From IMG/VR virus record IMGVR_UViG_3300021579_000010, positions 1-51,412 of that record: a stretch of 51,412 bases of DNA; one strand, written 5' to 3'. Origin of the DNA: a virus. Its lineage: Duplodnaviria; Caudoviricetes. The notes beneath the pieces were generated by a model. It was not told the DNA's origin. It saw nothing but the letters and a program-made list of their open reading frames with translations, and did no database searches. Positions 9,819-18,739 of this stretch are shown piece after piece (the stretch's first letter is position 1; each line of letters starts with the position of its first letter). The translations under genes and the position numbers were made by a program.

Positions 9819-10623
9819 TAATGACCTGCAATGGCTATCCAGGATACTCTACCCTAACGGTAGGGCCTATTCTATGCCTGTACCGCAGTTCACACCTGAC
9901 GAATACACTACGGAAGATGGTTCAGAGGTCTATACTACCGAGGATGGCCTAGAATCGTACACGGCAGAGGGCGCACTTGTTACCGGAGGGTATTTATGGA
10001 GGTTACACCGGGCTTTGAATAAGAGCTTTGAAAGGCTATGGGCTGATGCCAAGTCCATCAGCTACAGCATGTTACCGGACAACCCATTTTTCACGATGGA
10101 TGATGCTGTAGCGTGGTACAGGAGGCTAGGATTGTATAACTCAGGCTCAGTGTCACTAACAGATATGAAGGCCGCTATCAGGCAGAAACTAAGCTTTCCT
10201 GTTACACCACTTAATGCGCAACACTACACATATATTGAGGCACAGCTACAGGCGGCGGGGTTTGATGTGTATGTGTATGAAAATAGGTTTTACGTAAGTT
10301 CTACGTGGGTAACAGAAACACCATCAGAGATACTTGGAACTGATGAAGGTAATGCCTACCTGAATGAGTTTAGCCTAGGTGATACAGACTTAAATCATGA
10401 GTGGGATTTTGATAATGTCACACTTATAGCTAACTACCTTGAAGAGAGTAAAGATGCACATTTTGCTATAGCACCAAATTACAGGTCAACTTTTTTTGTG
10501 GCATCCGCAACGATAGATACTTTTGCATCTGCCCCTCTAGCCCGTAAGCAGGAGTTCCGGCAGTTATTAATGAAACTTAAACAGCAGACAGCCATTGGCT
10601 TTCTGTTCATAAACTATACATAA
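9811..10623 (+). CDS. Baseplate wedge protein (Mu gp48/YmfQ-like)
   Basis: 'LYPNGRAY', 'WYRRLGL', follows J; contains a YTTEDG repeat insert. Confidence 0.75.
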   Translation: MLSNDLQWLSRILYPNGRAYSMPVPQFTPDEYTTEDGSEVYTTEDGLESYTAEGALVTGGYLWRLHRALNKSFERLWADAKSISYSMLPDNPFFTMDDAVAWYRRLGLYNSGSVSLTDMKAAIRQKLSFPVTPLNAQHYTYIEAQLQAAGFDVYVYENRFYVSSTWVTETPSEILGTDEGNAYLNEFSLGDTDLNHEWDFDNVTLIANYLEESKDAHFAIAPNYRSTFFVASATIDTFASAPLARKQEFRQLLMKLKQQTAIGFLFINYT

Positions 10624-10625
10624 AA

Positions 10626-11207
10626 ATGGCATTTCCAATATCAGCACTTGACGGAGTAGTAACAGGACCGGGCGCAGGGTATCCTTATGGGGATATAGTA
10701 GATTCTGCGGTAGGCACGGCAGGCACAAGGGTTAACAGGAAATTCACTGATGACCTGATGCAGACATCGCAGAAGCTGATGGCAGATGCAGGTATTACAC
10801 CTAATGGCAACCCGGATAATTCCATCAACGGTTATCAGATATTTAATGCAATAATCAATTGCAGGCCATTTAGTAGCACAGGTATTGTGTTCACTAACTC
10901 AGGGCAGAACGTGTGGGGCAATTCAGGTGGCGGCAGTTACAATGTCGGTTTTCGGCAAGCAGGTAATATGGTTAACTTATGCGGAGCTGCAACCAATTCA
11001 GGTATCGCAGGCTCAGCTACAGTTAATATAATGACACTACCCGTTGGTGCAAGACCCGCATCCAGTGTTACCATAGCGGTGCTTACCGACACGGGGGCTA
11101 TGCACAGTATAAGTATTTCACCCGCCGGACAGGTTACCTCATCGGATACAACGACTACTTTTGGTGGTACAGTGTATTTAGATAACGTGTCATTCCGCTT
11201 TGTATAA
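10626..11207 (+). CDS. Short tail fibre / baseplate-anchored receptor-binding protein
   Basis: Mu gp49-like N-terminus 'AGITPNGNPDN..YQIFNAI'; C-terminal 'TLPVGARP' tip domain. Confidence 0.75.
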   Translation: MAFPISALDGVVTGPGAGYPYGDIVDSAVGTAGTRVNRKFTDDLMQTSQKLMADAGITPNGNPDNSINGYQIFNAIINCRPFSSTGIVFTNSGQNVWGNSGGGSYNVGFRQAGNMVNLCGAATNSGIAGSATVNIMTLPVGARPASSVTIAVLTDTGAMHSISISPAGQVTSSDTTTTFGGTVYLDNVSFRFV

Positions 11208-11861
11208 CAGCTTATGATTACACAGGTACAACCCAACAGGAAGTGTGCTGTAATCGTAAGTTAGGAACTGACCCATCAGGTTATAAACGGGAGAAGGTTC
11301 TAAGTTCTTTGATAAAGGGGAAACACCCAAGGCACCTGCGCCCAACACACGTACAGGGTAGTCCTGTGTCGTACCGTAGTTACCTGTGGTTTCACTACCG
11401 ACAGCACACAGCCTAGGTGATGCAGTTCCAGAGTACCGGACAATCCGCATACGGGTATCACAAGGTATCGCTGTAACAGGTACGTTAATGTGGAAGGACC
11501 TAACCTCGGTAGTACTTAGGGCAGCTAGTACAAAAGTGGTATCATAACCACCGAAAAAGGATATGTATCCACTTGCAGTATTGTAACACAAAGCAATTCT
11601 CACCCACGAAGTGCTAGGACAAGGTTCAAAAGCGATAGTTGTGTTGAAAGAGGAATCAGGGAACAGCAGTATTTCAGGTAGGTTATCAAACAGTGTGTAA
11701 TGACCAAGACCTGGCACAGAGTTGTCCAGATTGGATATTTCCACACGAGAGATACCACCTCCGCAAGTGTTGCAGTTGTTCAAGGCAGCGCAGTATGGTG
11801 CCGGATTAGTGTGCTGGCCATAAGATGCCACGCAAAGAAGTAATAAAATAAGTGTTCGCAT
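11190..11861 (-). CDS. Secreted GEVED-domain protein with a T9SS CTD-like tail (moron)
   Basis: Signal peptide MRTLILLLLCVASYG|Q; 'YC..ISRVEI..HYTLF..TRMRI..GTTQDY'; C-terminal 'VYNLMGQ..LPVGLY..KLLYK'. Confidence 0.75.
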   Translation of the reverse strand: MRTLILLLLCVASYGQHTNPAPYCAALNNCNTCGGGISRVEISNLDNSVPGLGHYTLFDNLPEILLFPDSSFNTTIAFEPCPSTSWVRIALCYNTASGYISFFGGYDTTFVLAALSTTEVRSFHINVPVTAIPCDTRMRIVRYSGTASPRLCAVGSETTGNYGTTQDYPVRVLGAGALGVSPLSKNLEPSPVYNLMGQFLTYDYSTLPVGLYLCNHKLLYKAE

Positions 11862-11864
11862 AGT

Positions 11865-11872
11865 CAAAGATA
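11865..11872 (-). promoter_or_regulatory. -7 promoter element TATCTTTG of the GEVED moron
   Basis: Perfect TAnnTTTG ending 3 nt before the ATG at 11861. Confidence 0.6.
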
Positions 11873-11889
11873 AGTAATATATTTGAGGT

Positions 11890-12645
11890 GTGGCAGTTTT
11901 TAACGTAAATAGCGCAGCCCTGTCAGTCTATGTAGCGGTTCTTCAGCACATGAAGAAATCAGCTTTACCTGTGGCTATACGACAGACGTTGAATGATATG
12001 GCTTTTGACACTAAAACCAACACAATGCCAGCAGAGGCACACAAAGACTTTATCCACAGGAAGGATACATTCTTTAAAGCGAACTCTAGGGCAGAAGTGG
12101 CTAAAGGTTTTGATGTCAACACTATGAGGTCACAGGTGTATTTTAAACCAAAAGAGAAAGATAAAAGTCATTCTGTGGAGGACTTGGAGGAACAGGAAGA
12201 AGGTACACCGATTAAGTACAGCAGGGCTTTTGTCGGTCTTGCTACATCACGTAGTAGCAACAGGTGGAATAAAAATATCAGGAACAGGAACAGGCGTAAT
12301 AATATGCCTGATGCAATTGATGCTAAGAATTACGTGAGTAAGTATGCACCAACAGACAAGAGTAAATATGTGGCAGCAGCTATATGGGCTGCTAAAACAG
12401 GCGCGCTCGTCATAGGTAATAAGGTCAATGGCAGAGGTAATAAAATGGCGTGGAGGCCAGACCACTTGAATAGGTTTAATGGTGACACATTTGTAGTGGC
12501 AACACCTCTTTTTGCTGTTAAAAGGGCAAGGATAGTAAAACCACCAGCAACCCACTTTATGAGAGATGCTAGTGAAGAGAGCCTGAGAAAAGGTGATAAA
12601 TTCTTTGCTAAAAATGTAAATTTGCAAATAGCTAAAATAAAGTAA
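11890..12645 (+). CDS. Neck/tail completion protein (lambda gpZ / Mu gpG-like)
   Basis: Basic; 'AIRQTLNDMAF' and C-terminal 'ATHFMRDA'. Confidence 0.6.
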   Translation: MAVFNVNSAALSVYVAVLQHMKKSALPVAIRQTLNDMAFDTKTNTMPAEAHKDFIHRKDTFFKANSRAEVAKGFDVNTMRSQVYFKPKEKDKSHSVEDLEEQEEGTPIKYSRAFVGLATSRSSNRWNKNIRNRNRRNNMPDAIDAKNYVSKYAPTDKSKYVAAAIWAAKTGALVIGNKVNGRGNKMAWRPDHLNRFNGDTFVVATPLFAVKRARIVKPPATHFMRDASEESLRKGDKFFAKNVNLQIAKIK

Positions 12646-13907
12646 TGGCAACAGATTGGCGGCAGCTTATTGGAGAGAACTTAATCATCAACACAGGTGA
12701 CACTAAGGTGTATAATCCTGACTGGATGGCTGCTACTTTTTCAAGTAAGTCCAAAGAGTTCAACATAGCCCAATTTGTATTTAAAAATATTCCAGGCACT
12801 TTAGTCGACAGGGGAGAACCTATGTCAAATGTGTATGATTTGGAGATGTATTTCCAAGGCACTGACACACTGGATATTGCAGCCGAGTTCTGGGAATCCG
12901 CAAACGACAAGAACGCTTGGACTATACAACACCCTTTTTATGGCAGTTTGTACGTCCAGCCCATAAATCTTTCACAGGATAATGCAGGTTGGAATGTGAC
13001 AAAAATTACAGGTCAAGTAATTGAAACAATCCTCAGCAATACTAATCAGGCCGCTAATGGTGGTCCGTCACAGGCAGTATCATTAGCTGAAACTGCTAAG
13101 AAGGTTATGGTGAGCAGGTTTTCCGACAGAACAGCTACAATGAGTGTAGGTGCTTTGCAGAATCAGACCAATGGTATTAATGGTATTTACCCGGCAGTGA
13201 TTGGTAATATCCGTTCATCACAGGATGAAGTGAATACATACACTAATTACTTTAACCAGGCATTAAGTGTTATTGATACGGCACTTTACAGCACAGGTGA
13301 TATAATTATAGCAGGGCAAAATCTAATTTGCGCACCATCCAACTTCCTAATATCAGTGAAGTCCAGGCTTAGTATGTATGCTAGTATGCTTGAAGTATAC
13401 GGGCTACAAATCACCAGCATACTTGCAATGTTCACTCCTACAGCGCAACTAAAGAATCTGTATGCGAGCAATGCAGGCAGCACAGTTCTAGGGCTATGCC
13501 AATCCACGATGCTGAATATCACGGATGATTATGACTACAGGCCTGACATTCTGGACGTAATTACTTCTGTAGTTAATGGTTACAACAGTTACGTTGCCAA
13601 TTTGAATCTAATACAATCGCCAAACAACAGTACACCGGATAGCTATGTTCCTGATTACGATATAGTCAGCAATGTAAAGCTGGTAGTAGTGAACGTGCTG
13701 ATACAGTTACACTTCTACTACAATGCAGCTAAGACCAGAAGGAACATGACATTGACTGAGGATACCAATGTGATACTATTGGCTAACCAGCTTTACGGTA
13801 TGCTTCCTGATGATAGCACTATTACAACTTTAATGAAAAATAACAATATCGGGTACTCTGAAATTTTAGTTCTTCGCAAAGGGAGAAATATAATATACTA
13901 TGTATAG
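12645..13907 (+). CDS. DNA circularization / tail tube initiator protein (Mu gpN-like)
   Basis: 'LEMYFQG', 'IQHPFYG', C-terminal LysM-like 'LANQLYG..LMKNNNI'. Confidence 0.85.
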   Translation: MATDWRQLIGENLIINTGDTKVYNPDWMAATFSSKSKEFNIAQFVFKNIPGTLVDRGEPMSNVYDLEMYFQGTDTLDIAAEFWESANDKNAWTIQHPFYGSLYVQPINLSQDNAGWNVTKITGQVIETILSNTNQAANGGPSQAVSLAETAKKVMVSRFSDRTATMSVGALQNQTNGINGIYPAVIGNIRSSQDEVNTYTNYFNQALSVIDTALYSTGDIIIAGQNLICAPSNFLISVKSRLSMYASMLEVYGLQITSILAMFTPTAQLKNLYASNAGSTVLGLCQSTMLNITDDYDYRPDILDVITSVVNGYNSYVANLNLIQSPNNSTPDSYVPDYDIVSNVKLVVVNVLIQLHFYYNAAKTRRNMTLTEDTNVILLANQLYGMLPDDSTITTLMKNNNIGYSEILVLRKGRNIIYYV

Positions 13908-15210
13908 TACTGAAGTATACATATCAGGTCATAAAGTCGACTTAGTGAATCAGATTAGCCTCAATCTGAAGTATGACAGTATTGCTGATACTTTTTCATT
14001 TACAGCATATTATGATGTAAAGAACCCGGTACACAAGAAAATATTTAGACCACTTAGTTATCAAACAGTAAAAATAGTTCATGCAGGCATTACGATGCTC
14101 ATAGGAACTGCATTACGAAATGAGTTCTACTCAGCAGGTGACCCACCTAAATCCCTTGTACGTGTAAGTGGGTATTCTATCACGGGTATATTACAGGAGT
14201 GTACTGTTGGCGGGTTCCAGCCTAATTATGTTAGCAGTACCAATAATCCCGGTGACCCATCAAAGCACGTACCCACTCAGTTTGATAATAACACACTCGC
14301 CCAGATAGCTAATAAAGTCTGTGGTATATTTCCGTTAAAAGTGATTGTGGATAAGGAGCTATTAAGTGATAAGGTATTCAACGCACCATATCAGCAGGTA
14401 GCCATAAAACAGGATGAATATCTGTCTGATTTCCTGGATAATCTGTGCGCCCAAAAGAATGCAATACTGAGCCACGATGCTTATGGTAACATCCTTATTA
14501 CCAGAGCGCACACAGACGCATTACTGACTACCACGACAACTTTAGTAGCTACACAGCCTGTAGCACGTAATCCAGCGATTCAGGGCGCACCACAAGGCAC
14601 TTTGTTGAAAACCACCACTACATCTTCTGCGAGGCACATACTGCACAGGTTTGATGGCACAGACTACATAAGTGCATCAGCTTGCTATAACGGGCAGAAC
14701 ATGCACAGTATCATCCAAGTTCTAGGGCAGAATGACAGCACTGATGAAGTGGTGCAGGAAGGTTCAGCATATAACCCGTACATACCATTACCTGAGAATT
14801 TCCGAGCAGCCATTGTAGGGGGCCACGGCTCTGACCCATCGAGTTCCAACGTGATACAGGTAGATGAGTTCGGGTATTATGGCGTAATAGGGCCACTAAG
14901 GATGCGTAGGTATATCCAGAGCGTAGGTAATGATAATGATGTAAAACTCACAGCACGTAGCTTGCTTAATGATGAATTACGCAAGGCCGTGGTAGTTACG
15001 ATAGAAATAAACGGGTGGCACCTGTCAGGGAACCTCGTTACACCAAATCAGTTAATAACTATTAAGGACGTAGATTTGTACCTAGCAGGTGAAGTCAAGC
15101 TATTTATACAGGAAATAAGCTATAGCACAGACCCTACTAAAAACGTAGCCACTTTGACCTGTGTGTTACCTGAGGCATTTAACGAGGAAAAAATAAAAAG
15201 GATATTCTAA
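13900..15210 (+). CDS. Baseplate hub protein (Mu gp44/gpP-like)
   Basis: 'DSIADTFSF', 'SHDAYGNILIT', 'TIEINGW'. Confidence 0.85.
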   Translation: MYSTEVYISGHKVDLVNQISLNLKYDSIADTFSFTAYYDVKNPVHKKIFRPLSYQTVKIVHAGITMLIGTALRNEFYSAGDPPKSLVRVSGYSITGILQECTVGGFQPNYVSSTNNPGDPSKHVPTQFDNNTLAQIANKVCGIFPLKVIVDKELLSDKVFNAPYQQVAIKQDEYLSDFLDNLCAQKNAILSHDAYGNILITRAHTDALLTTTTTLVATQPVARNPAIQGAPQGTLLKTTTTSSARHILHRFDGTDYISASACYNGQNMHSIIQVLGQNDSTDEVVQEGSAYNPYIPLPENFRAAIVGGHGSDPSSSNVIQVDEFGYYGVIGPLRMRRYIQSVGNDNDVKLTARSLLNDELRKAVVVTIEINGWHLSGNLVTPNQLITIKDVDLYLAGEVKLFIQEISYSTDPTKNVATLTCVLPEAFNEEKIKRIF

Positions 15211-15731
15211 TGTCAGTCATAGCAAAATTAGATACAACTAAACTTAAAGACGGTATCCGCACTTACCAGGCGAACCAAATGGGAAACTATGACCCTAGTA
15301 ACTCCACAGAAGTAGCACCTCCGGGGGTTGATTGTGCGCCACCTGACGTTAAGAACTTGAAAGTAATATACGATGACACAGCACGTAACGGTAAATCTGT
15401 TTGTTACGGTGTCATCAACACTAATCAGAAATCACTTGCTGGTGAAGTAAGGATGTACTCTCAGGACGGTGAAACCGAGAAAGCTAAAATATGGATTCAT
15501 AAAGATGGTAAAATTGAAATAGGGGGTACAAGTGATGCTGTAAATCCGAACCATCTTGTAAGATTTGAAGATTTAAACACTATATTGCAAAATCAGGTAA
15601 TAATTCCCATAAATTTGCAATTAGACTTAATAGCTGCTGCTATCAATGTGATTGCGCCCGGAAGTTATACACCTACGCACCTATCACTTGATTTGACTTT
15701 AGCTAAAACCGATGACCTTTTAATAATTTAA
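15210..15731 (+). CDS. Baseplate spike protein (Mu gp45-like)
   Basis: 'PPGVDCAPP', 'LAGEVRMYS', 'DGKIEI'. Confidence 0.8.
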   Translation: MSVIAKLDTTKLKDGIRTYQANQMGNYDPSNSTEVAPPGVDCAPPDVKNLKVIYDDTARNGKSVCYGVINTNQKSLAGEVRMYSQDGETEKAKIWIHKDGKIEIGGTSDAVNPNHLVRFEDLNTILQNQVIIPINLQLDLIAAAINVIAPGSYTPTHLSLDLTLAKTDDLLII

Positions 15732-15732
15732 C

Positions 15733-16047
15733 ATGGCAGTATTCGCATCAGAAATAGATTATATAAATGCACAGGATGCCAAAGACCAAATAGCGGCGTA
15801 TACAGCAGCTATTACAGCTTTGTCTACCACTGTCATGACTACAGTAGCTAAAGCTAACGTACAAGAGTACAGGCTATCGGATGGGCAAACAGACATCCGA
15901 AAAACATACAGAAACCCTAAAGAGGTACTAGATATGATTTTGGTACTTCGCAGGCTTAGGCAGTTGGCCATAAATGATATTACATCGCAACAGGTACGAC
16001 TTGTATCATCACCGAACTTTATAATTGATACTCCATGGGGATATTAA
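15733..16047 (+). CDS. Head-tail joining protein (lambda gpW-like)
   Basis: Helix-'QEYRLSDGQTDIRKTY'-helix, immediately before the portal. Confidence 0.65.
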   Translation: MAVFASEIDYINAQDAKDQIAAYTAAITALSTTVMTTVAKANVQEYRLSDGQTDIRKTYRNPKEVLDMILVLRRLRQLAINDITSQQVRLVSSPNFIIDTPWGY

Positions 16048-17822
16048 AAAATATTACTTCATTTTTCAGCCCTACAGTAGAGGTATCTAGTGTAGTAAAA
16101 CCTGTACCATTTACACCTAGAGAGCCTGATGCCAACAGGCAGGAGATAGTGATGGGCAGACCTATGGCTAGTAGCTTTGACTGGCAAGCGATACCTATGA
16201 GTGCGCCAATGTTACAAAAGATGTTTTCTGGTGAAAAGGATGCCTACTCAATAGGTCCTATCATAAAGTACAACATGGATAACCAAGCCCTGGGGCAAAG
16301 GTCTTGGCAGTTATACATTGAGGGTGAGACCATTCACACGGTAGTCAACCAAAAAGCTAAATGGGTAGTAGGCAAGGCACTCAGGCTACAATCAGCACCT
16401 AAGAAGTCATACTTGAAAAAGAAGGGTGTTAGCCTAGATGAAAAGGGATGGGAGAAGCTGACTAAAGATATAGAAGAGCTTTGGGATTTGGCTAGTAACA
16501 AGTCAAGCATGATGGACTATGCTGGTCGTGACCCGTTTAATAAGTTAACCAAACGCATATATCTGAATAAGTCGAATTGGGGTGATGTGCTAGTTATCCA
16601 CCGGATTGACAAGAACAACATAGTTACCACTCAGATTGTAGATGGCCAGTGGGTGGTTACCCCTGTAGGTAAAGTCGTAATAGGTGGTGAAACCAAGTTA
16701 GTAGATAACAAAGTAGGGTATGATTGGGTTTGGGAAGAAACAGGTAACAGGGTAAGAAATGGTGTCGAGATAGGCAGTAAAGGTGAACACGTAGCCTATT
16801 GGCTTAGGGATGGCATATCATTGGTTTACAAAAGGATTCCGGCTAAGAACAGGCAGGGGCTACTTATGGCCTACCTTGTGTATGGTACGGAGAACAGACT
16901 TGCTGATACTAGGGGTATTCCTGAAACCACAACCAACATGCAGTCAAGCAAACAGCTTGACGAGTTCACGGATGCCTTTGTATCATCCGCAGTTGAGGAG
17001 GCTAAACTGACGTACTTCTTCACCCACGAAAAAGGTACAGAAGAGAAAGACCCAAGGCGTGATGCTATGGCTAAGATAGTAGGTAGCAGAGGGGCTTCAC
17101 TGGATAACCCTGTCACCATCGATGGGCAGGAACTGGCTAACAGGGTTGCAGCTACTACAAAGAAAATGACATTCAACCTTGGAGAAGGTACTGATGTCGT
17201 TACACCTGAAAGCAGGAGGCTACTGAATTATGCAGAGTTCCGAAAGTCACGGTTTGAAGCTGACAGTGCTACGGTAGGCATACCACCTGAGGTAGCATCG
17301 CAACTGTATGGGTCAAGTTATTCAGCGAGCAGGGCAGCTACTAACGGATGGCAGTACATGCTGAACATTGACAGGGATGACTTTGGCAACCAGCTTCACC
17401 AGAGGGTGTATAACCTACAGCTTATGGTGTGGATAATGGCGGGTGAAATAGATGCACCCGGTTACCTTGAAGCATTCTTTGCCGGTGATGCAATGACCAT
17501 AGCAGCTTGGCAGTATGCAGAGTGGAGAGGCGCACCAGTGCCACAGATAGACGAGAAAAAAGAGGTTGAGGCTATCAGGCTTAAACTCGGATTAGGCTCA
17601 GTACATATGCCACTCACAGACTTTGAATCAGCTTGTGATGCACTTGGTACAGGTGACTACACCGACATATCAGCGCAATACTCACAGGAAATGAGAGATG
17701 CGGATGACCTTGGTATTGAGAAGGTTGCAACACGCGGTACGGATATTGAGAACTTCGATGACCCTAAGGAAGATGATAAGGGTAAACCAGGACGTAAGCT
17801 CAATGACGGAACTAAAGGATAA
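16035..17822 (+). CDS. Portal protein, lambda family
   Basis: 'RNGVEIG..GEHVAYW', 'TRGIP', 'SYSASRAA', 'IDEKKEVEA'. Confidence 0.93.
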   Translation: MGILKNITSFFSPTVEVSSVVKPVPFTPREPDANRQEIVMGRPMASSFDWQAIPMSAPMLQKMFSGEKDAYSIGPIIKYNMDNQALGQRSWQLYIEGETIHTVVNQKAKWVVGKALRLQSAPKKSYLKKKGVSLDEKGWEKLTKDIEELWDLASNKSSMMDYAGRDPFNKLTKRIYLNKSNWGDVLVIHRIDKNNIVTTQIVDGQWVVTPVGKVVIGGETKLVDNKVGYDWVWEETGNRVRNGVEIGSKGEHVAYWLRDGISLVYKRIPAKNRQGLLMAYLVYGTENRLADTRGIPETTTNMQSSKQLDEFTDAFVSSAVEEAKLTYFFTHEKGTEEKDPRRDAMAKIVGSRGASLDNPVTIDGQELANRVAATTKKMTFNLGEGTDVVTPESRRLLNYAEFRKSRFEADSATVGIPPEVASQLYGSSYSASRAATNGWQYMLNIDRDDFGNQLHQRVYNLQLMVWIMAGEIDAPGYLEAFFAGDAMTIAAWQYAEWRGAPVPQIDEKKEVEAIRLKLGLGSVHMPLTDFESACDALGTGDYTDISAQYSQEMRDADDLGIEKVATRGTDIENFDDPKEDDKGKPGRKLNDGTKG

Positions 17823-17824
17823 AC

Positions 17825-17851
17825 AGAAAGCCCACCTAACGGTGGGTTTCT
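17825..17851. terminator. Bidirectional intrinsic terminator
   Basis: AGAAAGCCCACC-TAAC-GGTGGGTTTCT between convergent genes. Confidence 0.75.
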
Positions 17852-17854
17852 TAT

Positions 17855-18016
17855 TTAGCACCTAATAAGGCCTAATAGTAATAGAATTATGATAAAGCTA
17901 AACAAAACTGTTTGTTCTCTTAGATATGATTTTCTGGGTGGGTGCAATACGTCAAGCAAAGATTCAATAAACTCTTTTTTAGCTTTTTCATAAGCATCAG
18001 TAGGTTCTATATTCAT
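17855..18016 (-). CDS. Small protein with C-terminal transmembrane helix
   Basis: MNIEPTDAYEK...VLFSFIIILLLLGLIRC. Confidence 0.6.
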   Translation of the reverse strand: MNIEPTDAYEKAKKEFIESLLDVLHPPRKSYLREQTVLFSFIIILLLLGLIRC

Positions 18017-18197
18017 GATGTTTCTCTTTTTTAAAGTAATATGTGTAAACACCAGCTACATATAGAACACAGACCAGCACCCATCCTTCTGCACAGAGGC
18101 GGTTCAACATGTCAATCTCCGTTTCCGTGTTGCTATTCCACAGGATTTGAAAACCACTTATATCCCTCGTTTCAATCTTGTATTCTATTTGTGCCAT
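17997..18197 (-). CDS. DUF4177-like small protein
   Basis: 'EYKI...LNRLCAEGWVLV...YYFKK' pattern. Confidence 0.7.
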   Translation of the reverse strand: MAQIEYKIETRDISGFQILWNSNTETEIDMLNRLCAEGWVLVCVLYVAGVYTYYFKKEKHHEYRTY

Positions 18198-18472
18198 TTT
18201 TCAAGAGTAAATATGTGTTCGGTAAAAATGATGTCTGCGCCTACAGGTTTTATATAGTCATCAACATCACTGCTCACCCTAGTAAAACCATCTTCGCAGG
18301 TCGTGACTGTTGCGTAACTAATATGCCCATATCTATCACAACCACCTACATGGGTTTTTACAACGCAATGTACGTAAACATCCTTCGTAAAAGAATCAAT
18401 CAATCCGTTAACACCTACGACGACCATACCCGCAGCTAGTAATGCGCATAGCGCAATAATTAAAGTTTTCAT
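18185..18472 (-). CDS. Membrane-anchored hypothetical protein
   Basis: N-terminal hydrophobic helix followed by a small beta domain. Confidence 0.65.
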   Translation of the reverse strand: MKTLIIALCALLAAGMVVVGVNGLIDSFTKDVYVHCVVKTHVGGCDRYGHISYATVTTCEDGFTRVSSDVDDYIKPVGADIIFTEHIFTLEKWHK

Positions 18473-18645
18473 ATTTTAGCTTTTTTACTTTCAGGAAGTT
18501 TGTCGTGTTCCTTCATTATTAAATCCTTTACAGGCTGGATGAGCATAGTACACAGTGGCATCTCATAGTGTTGCTCTATGGCTTCCTTACGGGCTTTGTC
18601 CTCGTTACCCAAGGTTATCTGTATTCTGTTTTGCTGTTTTTTCAT
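18469..18645 (-). CDS. Putative ribbon-helix-helix DNA-binding protein
   Basis: 'NRIQITLGNEDKARKEAIEQHYEMPLCTML' strand-helix-helix pattern; own -7 element TATATTTG at 18652-18659. Confidence 0.5.
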   Translation of the reverse strand: MKKQQNRIQITLGNEDKARKEAIEQHYEMPLCTMLIQPVKDLIMKEHDKLPESKKAKI

Positions 18646-18653
18646 AAAACACA

Positions 18654-18686
18654 AATATAACTCTATTTAACTCTATTTAGCACTAT
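18654..18686 (+). promoter_or_regulatory. 33-bp element upstream of the head operon (copy 2)
   Basis: Identical to 3783-3815; followed by TATTTTTG at 18713-18720. Confidence 0.7.
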
Positions 18687-18739
18687 TCCTAGAAATATTT
18701 TTTAGTAGTACATATTTTTGGCTGTCTTAAAGTACTAAA

